Source of the DNA: Clostridia bacterium
Lineage (GTDB): Bacteria; Bacillota; Clostridia; Christensenellales; UBA1242
Direction: 5' to 3'
Assembly: GCA_036654655.1 (NCBI GenBank)
Contig: JAVVRP010000001.1
Location: forward strand, 74,426-138,425
Length of the DNA stretch: 64,000 nt
The notes beneath the pieces were generated by a model that ran no database searches, was not told the DNA's origin, and worked only from the letters and a program-made list of their open reading frames with translations. Shown in pieces: positions 9,857 to 19,266 of this stretch. The stretch's first letter is position 1. Every line of letters begins with the position of its first letter. Made by a program: the position numbers and the translations under genes.

Positions 9857-10835
9857 AAAAAAATTAATTCAAATAGCAGAAAAAATTAACTATGCAAAAA
9901 CATTTGCAATTTTTATTCATACATCTCCCGATGCAGATGCGTTGGGTTCGGCTAGTTCACTTGCAATGTTTTTGACAAAATTAGGCAAAACTGCTCACTG
10001 TTTTTGTGAAACCCCAGACCAAAATTTAGCATTTATGTGCAAGGATATTTTTTATTCAAATGAATTGCCGTTAAAAACATACGATATGTCAATTGCTCTT
10101 GATTGTAGCGCAAGTGACAGGTTATCAATTTTTTTAAGTTGGTTTAAAAGTCAAAAAAATTTAATTTGCATTGACCATCATGCAAAACATACGGCATTTG
10201 CTAATTTGGAATATGTAGAAAGTGAGGCATCCTCCACTTGTGAAATAATTTTAAAGTTAATGAGCATTTTAAAAGGTGAAATATCTTCCAAAATGGCAAC
10301 AATGCTTTACTGTGGCCTTTCCGCAGATACAATGAGTTTTAAAACAACAAATGTAAGTTTGCAAACTTTTAAAACTGCCACCAAACTTGTTGAACTTGGT
10401 GCGGATGTGAGAATTGCAAATGATAAATTATGGAACAATTTAAGCAATAAAGAGTTTGAACAATTAAAATACGTTTTAAATAATTTTAAACAAAAAGGAA
10501 ATGTTGCATATTCGGTTATTGATAAAAAATTTTACAAAAAATATAATTTGCAAAGTTTAACAACTAACGTTAGCATTTCAATGCTTATGCAAAAAGAAGA
10601 TGTAAACATTGCTTTTATAATAAGGGAAGAACAACGCGGAAGTTTTTATTTGTCCATGCGTAGCAGAATTGGTTTTGATTGCATAAAAGTTGTTGAGGCA
10701 TTTGGAGGAGGCGGGCATAAACAAGCATGTGGCTGTCAGTTTATTTCAACAAAAAAAAATAAGTTAAACATTCAAAAAATTGTAAATTTGGTGCTTAATC
10801 AAATAGAAAAAATTAAAAATATGCAAGGTTTATAA
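9843..10835 (+). CDS. nrnA: DHH/DHHA1 phosphoesterase (NrnA-like oligoribonuclease/pAp phosphatase)
   Basis: Motifs HTSPDADALGS, CIDHH and GGGGH. Located between rbfA and truB, as in many Firmicutes. Confidence 0.8.
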   Translation: MKLNEKKLIQIAEKINYAKTFAIFIHTSPDADALGSASSLAMFLTKLGKTAHCFCETPDQNLAFMCKDIFYSNELPLKTYDMSIALDCSASDRLSIFLSWFKSQKNLICIDHHAKHTAFANLEYVESEASSTCEIILKLMSILKGEISSKMATMLYCGLSADTMSFKTTNVSLQTFKTATKLVELGADVRIANDKLWNNLSNKEFEQLKYVLNNFKQKGNVAYSVIDKKFYKKYNLQSLTTNVSISMLMQKEDVNIAFIIREEQRGSFYLSMRSRIGFDCIKVVEAFGGGGHKQACGCQFISTKKNKLNIQKIVNLVLNQIEKIKNMQGL

Positions 10836-10847
10836 AAGGAAGTTTTA

Positions 10848-11546
10848 ATGGAAAAACAAAATATAGACGGAATATTTGTGTTAAACAAACCTGCGGGAAT
10901 ATCTTCTAACTCTGCGGTCAACAAAGTTAAGTACATGTTAAACGCAAAAAAAGCAGGGCATTATGGAACTCTTGATCCGCTTGGAATGGGAGTTTTGCCC
11001 GTTGCACTAGGCAAGGCAACAAAATTGTTTGATTTGTTTTTAAAAAAAACAAAAGAATATAAAACAGTGTATAAATTTGGAGAAGAAACAACAACATTAG
11101 ACACAGAAGGCGAAGTAACAAACAAAAACGATGTTATTGTAACAAAAAAAATGATAGAAGATATTTTGCCAAAGTTTGTTGGCAAAATAGAGCAAATTCC
11201 ACCTGCATTTTCCGCAAAAAAAATTGGCGGGCACAAGGCATATGAACTTGCAAGAAAAGGAATTAAAGTTCAACTCCCACCAAAATTAATAGAAATTTTT
11301 TCAATTAAGTTAATATCACAAATTGCAGAAAACGTTTTTGAATTAATTATTAATTGTTCATCGGGTACGTATATTCGTTCGTTAGCAAGAGATATTGCTT
11401 ATGCTATTGGCACATATGGTACTATGCAAAGCATTGTTCGTACAAGATGTGGTGTGCTATGTTTAAAAGATGCATATACGTTCGAAGATATAGAAAACGG
11501 AACATATAAAATTATTTCATATGAGCAGGCAGAAAAACTGCTATAA
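10848..11546 (+). CDS. truB: tRNA pseudouridine-55 synthase TruB (short form, apparently without a C-terminal PUA domain)
   Basis: GxLDPxAxGxL catalytic motif (HYGTLDPLGMGVLP) and IPPAFSAKK. Only 232 aa. Confidence 0.88.
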   Translation: MEKQNIDGIFVLNKPAGISSNSAVNKVKYMLNAKKAGHYGTLDPLGMGVLPVALGKATKLFDLFLKKTKEYKTVYKFGEETTTLDTEGEVTNKNDVIVTKKMIEDILPKFVGKIEQIPPAFSAKKIGGHKAYELARKGIKVQLPPKLIEIFSIKLISQIAENVFELIINCSSGTYIRSLARDIAYAIGTYGTMQSIVRTRCGVLCLKDAYTFEDIENGTYKIISYEQAEKLL

Positions 11547-11583
11547 AATTTGTTTTTATATGTTTTAAATCATGGAGGACAAA

Positions 11584-12456
11584 ATGGCAGAAATAAAATT
11601 TGGGCCATCTGGGAAAGGCGAAATATTTTATAAAGAAGGCTTTTTACATACAACTGATATGCCAATATTTTTAAAAAATCATGGGTTAGATTGTTTTGAA
11701 TATTCTTTTGGAAGAGGATATACAATGTCTGCGCAGACTGCGAAAGAAATTGGTGATGCGTGCAAACAAAAGCAAATTTTAATTAGTGCACATGCGCCAT
11801 ATTACATAAATTTTGCACAGGAAAACGAACAAAGCGTTGAAAAATCTTTTAAATATGTATTGGACGGGCTTAAAATGTTGGAATATTTTGGTGGACAACG
11901 CTTGGTTGTTCATCCAGCATCTTGTGGAAAAATGAAAAGAGAATTTGCTTTTGAATTAACAAAAAAACGATTTGCAGATTTGGCAGAAAGAGTAAAAAAT
12001 TTTCCATACATAAAGGATAAATTTATTTGCCCAGAAACAATGGGTAAAACCTTGCAGATTGGCACATACAAGGAAGTTGTTGATATATGTTCTCTAAGTG
12101 ATAAATTTTTGCCATGTTTTGATTTTGGGCACATAAATTCAGTTACATTTGGCGGGCTGAAAATAGCCGATGATTATAACAAGATTTTTGATTATTGTAA
12201 TGAAAAACTCGGTGAATTTCGCACAAAAAATTGCCATATTCATTTTTCCAAAATTGAATTTGGTGCCAAAGGTGAATTAAGGCATCTTGACTTTTCTAGC
12301 ACACAATTTGGGCCAGATTTTTCTGTTTTGGCTGATGTTATTGTAAAGCGAGATTTAACGCCATATGTTATATGTGAGAGCAAAGATTTTATGGTTGAAG
12401 ATGCCATAACCATGAAAAAAATGTATGAAAATGCTTTAAAGTTAAACAAAATTTAA
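11584..12456 (+). CDS. AP endonuclease family 2 / Endonuclease IV-like TIM-barrel protein
   Basis: Ordered Endo IV-like metal-ligand motifs: HAPYYINF, VVHPAS, PETMG, CFDFGH, HIHFS, ICES. ATG 11584 sits 5 nt after GGAGG and is preferred over ATG 11572. Confidence 0.6.
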   Translation: MAEIKFGPSGKGEIFYKEGFLHTTDMPIFLKNHGLDCFEYSFGRGYTMSAQTAKEIGDACKQKQILISAHAPYYINFAQENEQSVEKSFKYVLDGLKMLEYFGGQRLVVHPASCGKMKREFAFELTKKRFADLAERVKNFPYIKDKFICPETMGKTLQIGTYKEVVDICSLSDKFLPCFDFGHINSVTFGGLKIADDYNKIFDYCNEKLGEFRTKNCHIHFSKIEFGAKGELRHLDFSSTQFGPDFSVLADVIVKRDLTPYVICESKDFMVEDAITMKKMYENALKLNKI

Positions 12457-12519
12457 AAAAATCTACTGGACAAACATAAATAAATGTGGTACCTTATTAG
12501 GGTAAAAATAGGAGAAAAT

Positions 12520-13080
12520 ATGATTTCAGCTGGTGATTTTCGCAAAGGCGTAACATTTGAGATGGATGGTGGAGTTTGGACAGTAACAGAGTTTTTACAT
12601 GTAAAGCCCGGAAAAGGCTCTCCGTTTGTCCGCACAAAACTTAAAAATATAATGACTGGACAAGGGCTTGAACGTACATTCAACCCAACAGATAAATTTC
12701 AGGTTGCAGTTATTGAGAAAAAAGAAATGCAATATTTATATAATGATGGTGAACTTTATTATTTTATGGACAATGAAACTTATGAGCAAATTCCTCTTAA
12801 CAAAAATCAAGTTGAAGATGCATTAAATTTTATGGTTGAAAACATGGTTGCAACAATTCAATTTTTTAAAGGGAGCGCATTTTCAGTTGTGCCTCCACTT
12901 TTTGTTGAACTTTTAATAACAGACACAGAACCGGGGATGCAAGGTGACACGTCAAAGGCAGGATACAAGCCTGCAATACTTGAAACTGGATATAAAATCA
13001 ATGTGCCTTTATTTGTTAACAGCGGTGAAAAAATTAAAGTTGACACCCGTGATGGTTCTTATTTAGAGCGAGTTAAATAA
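12520..13080 (+). CDS. efp: Elongation factor P
   Basis: [10 protein letters not shown]..., the KPGKG loop, and three OB-like domains. The AGGAGA SD supports ATG 12520 over the upstream ATG at 12484. Confidence 0.93.
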   Translation: MISAGDFRKGVTFEMDGGVWTVTEFLHVKPGKGSPFVRTKLKNIMTGQGLERTFNPTDKFQVAVIEKKEMQYLYNDGELYYFMDNETYEQIPLNKNQVEDALNFMVENMVATIQFFKGSAFSVVPPLFVELLITDTEPGMQGDTSKAGYKPAILETGYKINVPLFVNSGEKIKVDTRDGSYLERVK

Positions 13081-13122
13081 TTTATTTTTTAAAAACAATA
13101 AGTTTTAATTAACTTTTTTTGT

Positions 13123-13151
13123 CAAAAGACAAGTCTTTTGGCATTTTTTTT
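13123..13151 (+). terminator. Candidate terminator after efp
   Basis: caaaag-acaagt-cttttg hairpin followed by gcaTTTTTTTT. Confidence 0.4.
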
Positions 13152-13209
13152 GCGCAAAATAATTTTACAAAAAATTTATAGCATAGTGTATTGCAAAGGA
13201 GCAATTATC

Positions 13210-14130
13210 TTGCTTGAAAAAATTATAAATGAAAATCTTTGGAAAATAATTTCCACAAAAGTTGGAATTAAAAACTTGACAGAACTGCGTTTAAGAGCAG
13301 GAAAACCAATTGTTGCGTTTATGGGAAATATTCCTTGGTTTGTGTGCGAAAACGGATTAACAGAAAGTTTGGAAAAAGCAATTTATTTTACTTATGAAGA
13401 AATTCAAAGCATAATTTTTTCTGCAAGTGAATTTTCAATTTATGCAGTAAATGAAGAAATAAAGCGTGGATATTTGGTGCTTGCTGATGCAACAAGAATA
13501 GGTGTGTCGGGAAGGGTTATAATTGAAAATGACCAAATAAAAACAATATCAAATTTTACTTCAATAAATATTCGAATTCCACATCAAATAAAAAATTGCA
13601 GTTTGTGTTGCTTCAAAAGTCTTACATCAAATGGTGTGAAAAGCACATTGGTAATTTCGCCACCGGGAGGTGGTAAAACAACATTTTTGCGTGATTTTGC
13701 CTTGCAACTTTCGTTAACTGCAAACCCGTTAAACATTACAATTTTGGATGAGCGTGGTGAAATTGCAGGTGGCGAAAGTGGTGGGTTGTCAACTGGAAAT
13801 TTTACTGATATTTTGTCGTTTGTGCCCAAAAAACAAGGTTTTGAAATTGCAACACGAACACTTGCGCCGGATATTATTATTGCTGATGAAATTGGAACAG
13901 AAGAAGACGCCAATGCTGTTTTTAGCGCATTTAATGCAGGAATAAAAATTTTTGCAAGTGTACATGCTGGAAGTTTGGAAGAATTAAAACATAAGCCGTT
14001 TTTAAAAAAACTTATTGAAGAAAATTGCTTTGAAAGATACGTTTTGTTATCAAAAAAAAATGGGCCCGGAACGTTTGAAGGTGTTTTTGGAAAAAATTTT
14101 TTACGGCTTGGTTTTGGTGGTGAACAATGA
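13210..14130 (+). CDS. spoIIIAA: Stage III sporulation protein AA (ATPase)
   Basis: Walker A SPPGGGKTT and Walker B IIIADEIG. First gene of an AA-AH series. TTG 13210 lies 8 nt after AAGGAG; the track start at 13138 is probably too far upstream. Confidence 0.88.
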   Translation: MLEKIINENLWKIISTKVGIKNLTELRLRAGKPIVAFMGNIPWFVCENGLTESLEKAIYFTYEEIQSIIFSASEFSIYAVNEEIKRGYLVLADATRIGVSGRVIIENDQIKTISNFTSINIRIPHQIKNCSLCCFKSLTSNGVKSTLVISPPGGGKTTFLRDFALQLSLTANPLNITILDERGEIAGGESGGLSTGNFTDILSFVPKKQGFEIATRTLAPDIIIADEIGTEEDANAVFSAFNAGIKIFASVHAGSLEELKHKPFLKKLIEENCFERYVLLSKKNGPGTFEGVFGKNFLRLGFGGEQ

Positions 14131-14621
14131 AAATTTTTGCAATATTTGCAGTTACTGCACTTACAACTTTTTTAGGGTATTGGCTTGCTTCAAAATATAT
14201 TCAACGCAAAGATTTTTTTAATGCAATTGTTTTTTTTGCAAATTTGATGGAAGTTGAGGTTGGTTTTTCTCAAAAAAAGACAGAAGAAATAATAAATGAA
14301 AACATAAAAAAATTTTGTGCAGAATTTCAAAAATTATTAACTTTGTTTATTGCTTCATTAAACACAAAAAAAACAATAACCACAGCGGAAATTTCCAATG
14401 TCGCAAAATTTTTAAAAAATGAAGAAATTCAAGAAATATTTTTGTTTTTTAATGGAATTGGCAAGTATGACAGCGAAAATCAAATTAAAAATATTACGTC
14501 ACATAACAAGCAATTTGTTTTATGGCAAACAAATGCAAAGCAAGAAAGTAATAAATATGTAAAATTGTATGTAAAACTTGGTTTTTTGTTAGGGCTTATC
14601 ATTTCAATAATTATTATGTAA
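14127..14621 (+). CDS. spoIIIAB: Stage III sporulation protein AB
   Basis: N- and C-terminal TM helices flank a soluble domain. ATGA overlap with spoIIIAA. Operon position fits. Confidence 0.8.
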   Translation: MKIFAIFAVTALTTFLGYWLASKYIQRKDFFNAIVFFANLMEVEVGFSQKKTEEIINENIKKFCAEFQKLLTLFIASLNTKKTITTAEISNVAKFLKNEEIQEIFLFFNGIGKYDSENQIKNITSHNKQFVLWQTNAKQESNKYVKLYVKLGFLLGLIISIIIM

Positions 14622-14669
14622 AAACGGCTTAAAATTTTTAAACATAATAAAATTAAAATAAGGAGAAAT

Positions 14670-14864
14670 ATGGGAGTTGATATTATTTTTAAAATTGCTG
14701 CTATTGGCATTATAACTGCTGTTGTAAATCAAGTGTTAAAACATTCTGGCAAAGAAGAAATTGCAACCTTAACAACTCTTGCGGGGGTAGTTATTGTTTT
14801 AATTATGGTTCTTGGTTTAATTGATAATTTGTTTAACACAGTAAAAACAATGTTTGGATTTTAG
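14670..14864 (+). CDS. spoIIIAC: Stage III sporulation protein AC
   Basis: 64-aa two-TM protein with FKIAAIGIITAVVNQVLKHSGKEE, typical of SpoIIIAC. Confidence 0.88.
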   Translation: MGVDIIFKIAAIGIITAVVNQVLKHSGKEEIATLTTLAGVVIVLIMVLGLIDNLFNTVKTMFGF

Positions 14865-14875
14865 CCTGAATTTAA

Positions 14876-14942
14876 GTACTATGCAAATTTTTATAACAAA
14901 TAATGAAAACAAGTTACAAAAGAAAAGTATGGTACTATGCAA
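14876..14942 (+). repeat. Two direct copies of the (A/G)GTACTATGCAA motif in the spoIIIAC-spoIIIAD gap
   Basis: aGTACTATGCAAATTT at 14876-14890 and GGTACTATGCAAg at 14931-14942. The same 15-mer/12-mer occurs upstream of the PadR-like gene (55813-55843, minus strand). Confidence 0.8.
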
Positions 14943-15043
14943 GTTGCAATTTAATTTTTTTCATTCCAAAAATACGGCGGGCAATTGATGATAAAAGTGC
15001 AAATTAAACTTTCAAACTTTTTAAAAAAAAACAAAGGAGCATA

Positions 15044-15430
15044 ATGGACATTTTTAAAATAATTGGCGTGGGTTTAGTAACACTTGTCGCATCACTTTTG
15101 GTAAGACAAATTAGGCCTGAAATTTCGCCACTTATTGCACTTGGCGGTGGCGTTATTATTATATTAATGGTGCTTAATTATGTTCAGCAGTTATATTCAG
15201 CATTTAATTTGGTTGTGGACAAAAGTGGAATTAACAAAAGCCTTATAATTTCAATTTTAAAAATAGTTGGAATTGGATATTTAACTGAGTTTTCTGCTGG
15301 TGTTTGCACCGATAGCGGAATGCAAACATTGGGGGATAAAATTGCACTTGCGGGAAAGGTGATTATTCTTTGTTATTCACTGCCAATTATAACAAGCATT
15401 ATTGAAATTGTTGTGGAGTTGTTGCCATGA
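15044..15430 (+). CDS. spoIIIAD: Stage III sporulation protein AD
   Basis: 128-aa polytopic protein with IGVGLVTLVASLLVRQIRPE...GYLTEFSAGVCTDSG, typical of SpoIIIAD. AAAGGAG SD. Confidence 0.88.
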   Translation: MDIFKIIGVGLVTLVASLLVRQIRPEISPLIALGGGVIIILMVLNYVQQLYSAFNLVVDKSGINKSLIISILKIVGIGYLTEFSAGVCTDSGMQTLGDKIALAGKVIILCYSLPIITSIIEIVVELLP

Positions 15431-16722
15431 GGTTATGTAAATCTTATTCAAAAATAAATTATAATTTGATGTTAAATTCATCTTGCAATTTTTTTAAAAA
15501 CTATCAAAAAAATGCACCAGTTTCTAAAAGAAAAAAAAGGCTATTTGTATGGATTTTAATTTTGATTTCAATTATATGTTCAGGTGCGTTTTTTGTTTCT
15601 AATGTGCTTGCAGAAGATAACACAAGTGATATTCAAAAAGAAATTTCTGATCAAACTGATAAACAACTTGACAACCTTGACATTTCTGGATTTGATAACA
15701 TTTTAAAAAAGTTTACTGATGATGAATTTAAAATTTTTGGCGCATCAAGTTTTGGTGAAAAATTAAGGCAAATTATTAATGGGGATTTTAAAGGAGGCAC
15801 CGAAAACATCCTTGGTGCAGTTTGCAATTTGGTGTTTGCTGACCTTGTAAATTTTTTACCTTTAATGGCAACCATACTTGCAGTTGCAATAGTTTTTAGT
15901 ATGGTTTCAAAAACACGTGGAACGTTGAAATACAAGTCTATTGGTGATATAATTCACTTTGTTTGTTTTGGAACAATTGTAACAATAATAATTACTGTTG
16001 TTGTTCAAATGATTGAAATGACAACGGGAGTTTTGGGTTTAGTAAAAAATCAAATTGACGTTGCATTCCCAATTTTATTAACACTTTTAACTGCTATTGG
16101 AGGAACAGTTTCAGTTGGAGTTTATCAACCTGCAATAGCGCTTTTAAGCGGATCAGTTGTTATTGTTTTTACAAAAATATTAATGCCTATATTTGTTTTT
16201 GTATTAATTTTTTCCGTGCTATCAAACATGTCGGACACGGTTAAATTAGAAAAATTTTCTGCATTTTTTTCTTCATTATTCAAATGGATTGTTGGTGCTG
16301 TTTTTACAATATTTTTTGCATTTTTAACAGTGCAAGGAATAACTGCAGGTACGTATGATGGAATATCAATTCGCACGGCAAAATTTGCAATAAAAAGTGC
16401 GGTCCCTGTTATTGGCGGATATTTGGCAGAAGGTTTTAACCTTATTATTTTTAGTTCTGTGCTTATTAAAAATGCAGTTGGGATGTGTGGTTTTTTTATT
16501 TTACTTTCAACAATACTTTTGCCATTAATAAAATTAATTATTTTTATGTTTTGTTTAAAACTTTCTTCCGCAGTTTTGGAGCCAATTATTGACATAAAAA
16601 TTTCTAATTTTTTGTCTAGTGTTGGGAAAAGTATAAATCTTTTAATTGTGGTTGTTTTAGGTGTTGCCTTTATGTATTTTTTATTAATAGGCTTAATAAT
16701 GTGCACTGCAAATGTAATTTAA
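15427..16722 (+). CDS. spoIIIAE: Stage III sporulation protein AE
   Basis: Large polytopic membrane protein in the AE position. ATGA overlap with spoIIIAD. Confidence 0.85.
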   Translation: MRLCKSYSKINYNLMLNSSCNFFKNYQKNAPVSKRKKRLFVWILILISIICSGAFFVSNVLAEDNTSDIQKEISDQTDKQLDNLDISGFDNILKKFTDDEFKIFGASSFGEKLRQIINGDFKGGTENILGAVCNLVFADLVNFLPLMATILAVAIVFSMVSKTRGTLKYKSIGDIIHFVCFGTIVTIIITVVVQMIEMTTGVLGLVKNQIDVAFPILLTLLTAIGGTVSVGVYQPAIALLSGSVVIVFTKILMPIFVFVLIFSVLSNMSDTVKLEKFSAFFSSLFKWIVGAVFTIFFAFLTVQGITAGTYDGISIRTAKFAIKSAVPVIGGYLAEGFNLIIFSSVLIKNAVGMCGFFILLSTILLPLIKLIIFMFCLKLSSAVLEPIIDIKISNFLSSVGKSINLLIVVVLGVAFMYFLLIGLIMCTANVI

Positions 16723-16801
16723 AATTGCAAATAAGGAGGTAATCAAAAATGTAAAATGTAATTAAACTTATATAATTTTTTTAAAAAAAATGAGGTAAAT
16801 T

Positions 16802-17290
16802 GTGGAAGGAATGTCTGGTTGGATTTTGTCAATTGCTGGTGTTTGTTTATTATCAGTTATGATTGATTTAATTTTGCCGGAAGGCAAAACAACAAGCGCA
16901 ATTAAAAATGTTTTTTCTTATATTATTGTGCTTGTTATTATTGCACCATTGCCCAAGTTGGTTGGCAAAAAAATTGACCTGTCAAACATTTGGAACAAAA
17001 CTGAAATTGTGCTACAAGACAATTTTTTGGAAACAGTAAACCGTACAAAATTAGATAAAATTGAAAAACAAATTGAAGATGATTTAAAAGCAAAAAAAAT
17101 TGAAAATGTACAAGTGTTTTTGTCGGCAAATGTCTTTTCTTCAAACATGGAAATTGAAACTGTTTTTGTTGATTTGTTTAACCTTCCACAAACGGATAAA
17201 AATCAAACAAAAACTATCAAACAAGAAATTTTTTTAAGCATCAAAAAATATGTTTTTATAGGCGAGGAGAAAATTATTTTTAATGAATGA
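16802..17290 (+). CDS. spoIIIAF: Stage III sporulation protein AF
   Basis: N-terminal pair of TM helices (WILSIAGVCLLSVMIDLILPEG) followed by a soluble domain. Operon position fits. Confidence 0.75.
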   Translation: MEGMSGWILSIAGVCLLSVMIDLILPEGKTTSAIKNVFSYIIVLVIIAPLPKLVGKKIDLSNIWNKTEIVLQDNFLETVNRTKLDKIEKQIEDDLKAKKIENVQVFLSANVFSSNMEIETVFVDLFNLPQTDKNQTKTIKQEIFLSIKKYVFIGEEKIIFNE

Positions 17291-17314
17291 ATTTTAAAAT
17301 AGCGGGGGTGAAAT

Positions 17315-17869
17315 ATGAATGATAAAAAAAAGTTAAACTTATGTGAAAAGTATCCAATTCTTGAAAAACTTAAAAGTATAAAACACATAAAAATTTATTG
17401 CATAGTACTTGCTTGTTTATTAATTGCAGGAATTTTTGGTGCCAGTTTAGAAAACAAAAATATTAATGAAAAAGATACAAAAATTTTTGGTGCAATGGAA
17501 TATGCCAAGGAACTAGAATCAAAATTGTCAAATGTTTTATCCCAAGTTGAGGGCGCTGGAAAAGTTAAGGTTATGGTTGTTTTAGAATCTGGTTCTGAAT
17601 TTATTTATGCATCAACAAAAGAAGATAAAACAAACACCTCCGGAAATGGCTCCAGCACGTCTAACACGTCTTCGGAGCCAATAATAATTAATAACGGTGG
17701 AACCAGTACACCAATTATTATTAAAGAGTACATGCCAAAAGTAAGTGGTGTAATTATTGTTGCAGAAGGCGGTTCAAGTATTATTGTAAAAATGAATCTT
17801 TTAAAAGCAGTGCAAGCACTGTTGGCAGTGCCAAGCGGAAATATTGAAATTTTGGTTGGTAAAAAGTAA
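17315..17869 (+). CDS. spoIIIAG: Stage III sporulation protein AG
   Basis: One TM helix, then EGAGKVKVMVVLESG...VSGVIIVAEGG...VQALLAVPSGNIEI, characteristic of the SpoIIIAG ring-building motif. Confidence 0.8.
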   Translation: MNDKKKLNLCEKYPILEKLKSIKHIKIYCIVLACLLIAGIFGASLENKNINEKDTKIFGAMEYAKELESKLSNVLSQVEGAGKVKVMVVLESGSEFIYASTKEDKTNTSGNGSSTSNTSSEPIIINNGGTSTPIIIKEYMPKVSGVIIVAEGGSSIIVKMNLLKAVQALLAVPSGNIEILVGKK

Positions 17870-17967
17870 TTTAATTTTAATTACAAAATTAGACATATAT
17901 TTTTTTTAAAAATGGTATAAATCAAAGTTTTAAGAGCATAGCATAAAGATAAGGAAAGGAGAGTAAA

Positions 17968-18441
17968 ATGTTAAAAAAGAAAACAAAAATTATTATTCTG
18001 TGTGGGATGATTGCACTGCTTGGATTAACTGCGTATTTAAACATAGCGTTAAACAATAGGGTAGTTGACGTTAATGCAAATCAAGTTGTATATACAAGTT
18101 CATTTGATGAGTATAGGGCACAACGTCAAGAAACACGGGAGCAACTTATATCGTTATATGATGGCATAATCACAAGCGATGCATATTCAAAGGAAGAAAT
18201 ACAAAGTGCAAAAGAACTTAAAAACGAACTTATTGAAAGAATTAAATATGAAAATGTTACTGAGGGAATAATTAAATCAAAGGGATTTAAAGATGCAACT
18301 GTTTCATTTTCAAAGGAAAAGTGTATTGTTGCACTTAAAAGTGAAAAAGCACTAGACCAAGCCCAAATTGCACAGGTAAATCAAATAGTTAAATTACAGA
18401 CAGGATATAGTGCAAAAAATATTATAATAATTCCATCATAA
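17968..18441 (+). CDS. spoIIIAH: Stage III sporulation protein AH
   Basis: TM helix, then RAQRQETREQLIS...IIKSKGFKDATV, a SpoIIIAH-like (YscJ/FliF-type) domain. Last gene of the operon. Confidence 0.75.
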   Translation: MLKKKTKIIILCGMIALLGLTAYLNIALNNRVVDVNANQVVYTSSFDEYRAQRQETREQLISLYDGIITSDAYSKEEIQSAKELKNELIERIKYENVTEGIIKSKGFKDATVSFSKEKCIVALKSEKALDQAQIAQVNQIVKLQTGYSAKNIIIIPS

Positions 18442-18496
18442 GGTTTGCAAAAATAAAAAACTTATGTTATACTTTTGGGCGAATAGGAGTTTTGTA

Positions 18497-18871
18497 ATGT
18501 CTGATATTAATAATTTGCCCTTAGAAAACAAAGGCAAAATAACATGTAATCGAAACATATTGTTGTCTATTATTAGTTTGGCAACAAAAGAGATAAGTGG
18601 AGTTGCTGCTTTATGTGACAATTTTTTGGCAAAAACAAAAAAAATATTTACCAAAAATGATGGAAAAGGTGTTAAAATAAAATTTGATGCAAACGGGAAT
18701 TTAGTTGTTGAAGTTTTTGTTAGAGTATTTTATGGTTTTTCTGTCCCCGATGTTGCGTATAGAATTCAAGAAAACATTAAAAATAATATTAGTTCCATGG
18801 TTGACATGAAAACTGCAAAAGTTAACGTGCATATTGTTGGGGTAAGTTTTCAAAAAGAAGAAGTAGTTTAA
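18497..18871 (+). CDS. Asp23/Gls24-family envelope stress protein (YqhY-like)
   Basis: NILLSIISLATKEISGVAAL... matches the family pattern. AGGAG SD before ATG 18497. Lies upstream of nusB, as B. subtilis yqhY does. Confidence 0.75.
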   Translation: MSDINNLPLENKGKITCNRNILLSIISLATKEISGVAALCDNFLAKTKKIFTKNDGKGVKIKFDANGNLVVEVFVRVFYGFSVPDVAYRIQENIKNNISSMVDMKTAKVNVHIVGVSFQKEEVV

Positions 18872-18882
18872 AAAGGCGTAAG

Positions 18883-19266
18883 ATGAGAAAAAATGCGAGA
18901 GAAGCATCATTAAAACTAATTTTTGAAAGTTTTTTTAATGATGGCAATTCAATATTAGAAATTTGTGAAGAATGCGAAGTCAAGTCTGAAAATGACTTGG
19001 CTTTTGTGCATAATGTTTACAACAGTTATAAAACAAATAAAGAAGAAATAGACATGCTTATTTATTCATTAGGTCAGCAAAGTAAAACTGCAACTCTGTT
19101 CAGTGTTGACAGAGCAATCGTTTGCATGGCAATTGCCGAACACAAACTTGGAGAAGTTCCAAAAGCGGTTATTATTAATGAATGCGTTGAACTTGCCAAA
19201 AAGTTTTCAACAGAAAAAAGTTTTGCATTTGTAAACGGAATTCTTAGCAAGGCAATAGAAGAATGA
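18883..19266 (+). CDS. nusB: Transcription antitermination factor NusB
   Basis: 127 aa. R-E-x-A-LKLIF N-terminal region and ELAKKFSTEKSFAFVNGIL C-terminal motif. Confidence 0.88.
   Translation: MRKNAREASLKLIFESFFNDGNSILEICEECEVKSENDLAFVHNVYNSYKTNKEEIDMLIYSLGQQSKTATLFSVDRAIVCMAIAEHKLGEVPKAVIINECVELAKKFSTEKSFAFVNGILSKAIEE

Noticed and set aside
13138-13209. N-terminal extensions in the ORF track for spoIIIAA, and likewise efp (12484), asp23 (18464), spoIVB (25345), scpA (30108), scpB (30901), spoIIAA (38619), spoVAC (42716) and lexA (59477)
   Set aside because: In each case an internal start codon with a proper SD matches the conserved N-terminus of the family. The extension either overlaps the upstream gene or reads as nonsense sequence.
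14881-14988. 35-aa ORF (MQIFITNNENKLQKKSMVLCKLQF...) inside the spoIIIAC-AD gap
   Set aside because: It has no Shine-Dalgarno sequence. Its ATG is part of the repeated motif (acTATGcaa), and the same ATG in the PadR upstream copy runs into a stop after 3 codons.
16125-16706. 193-aa antisense ORF, plus similar long antisense ORFs at 22409-22867, 34301-34840, 34841-35263, 48610-49104, 49255-49656, 54179-54628 and 56954-57415
   Set aside because: All are shadows of confidently identified genes in an AT-rich genome. Their composition is low-complexity, none has an SD, and none shows family resemblance.
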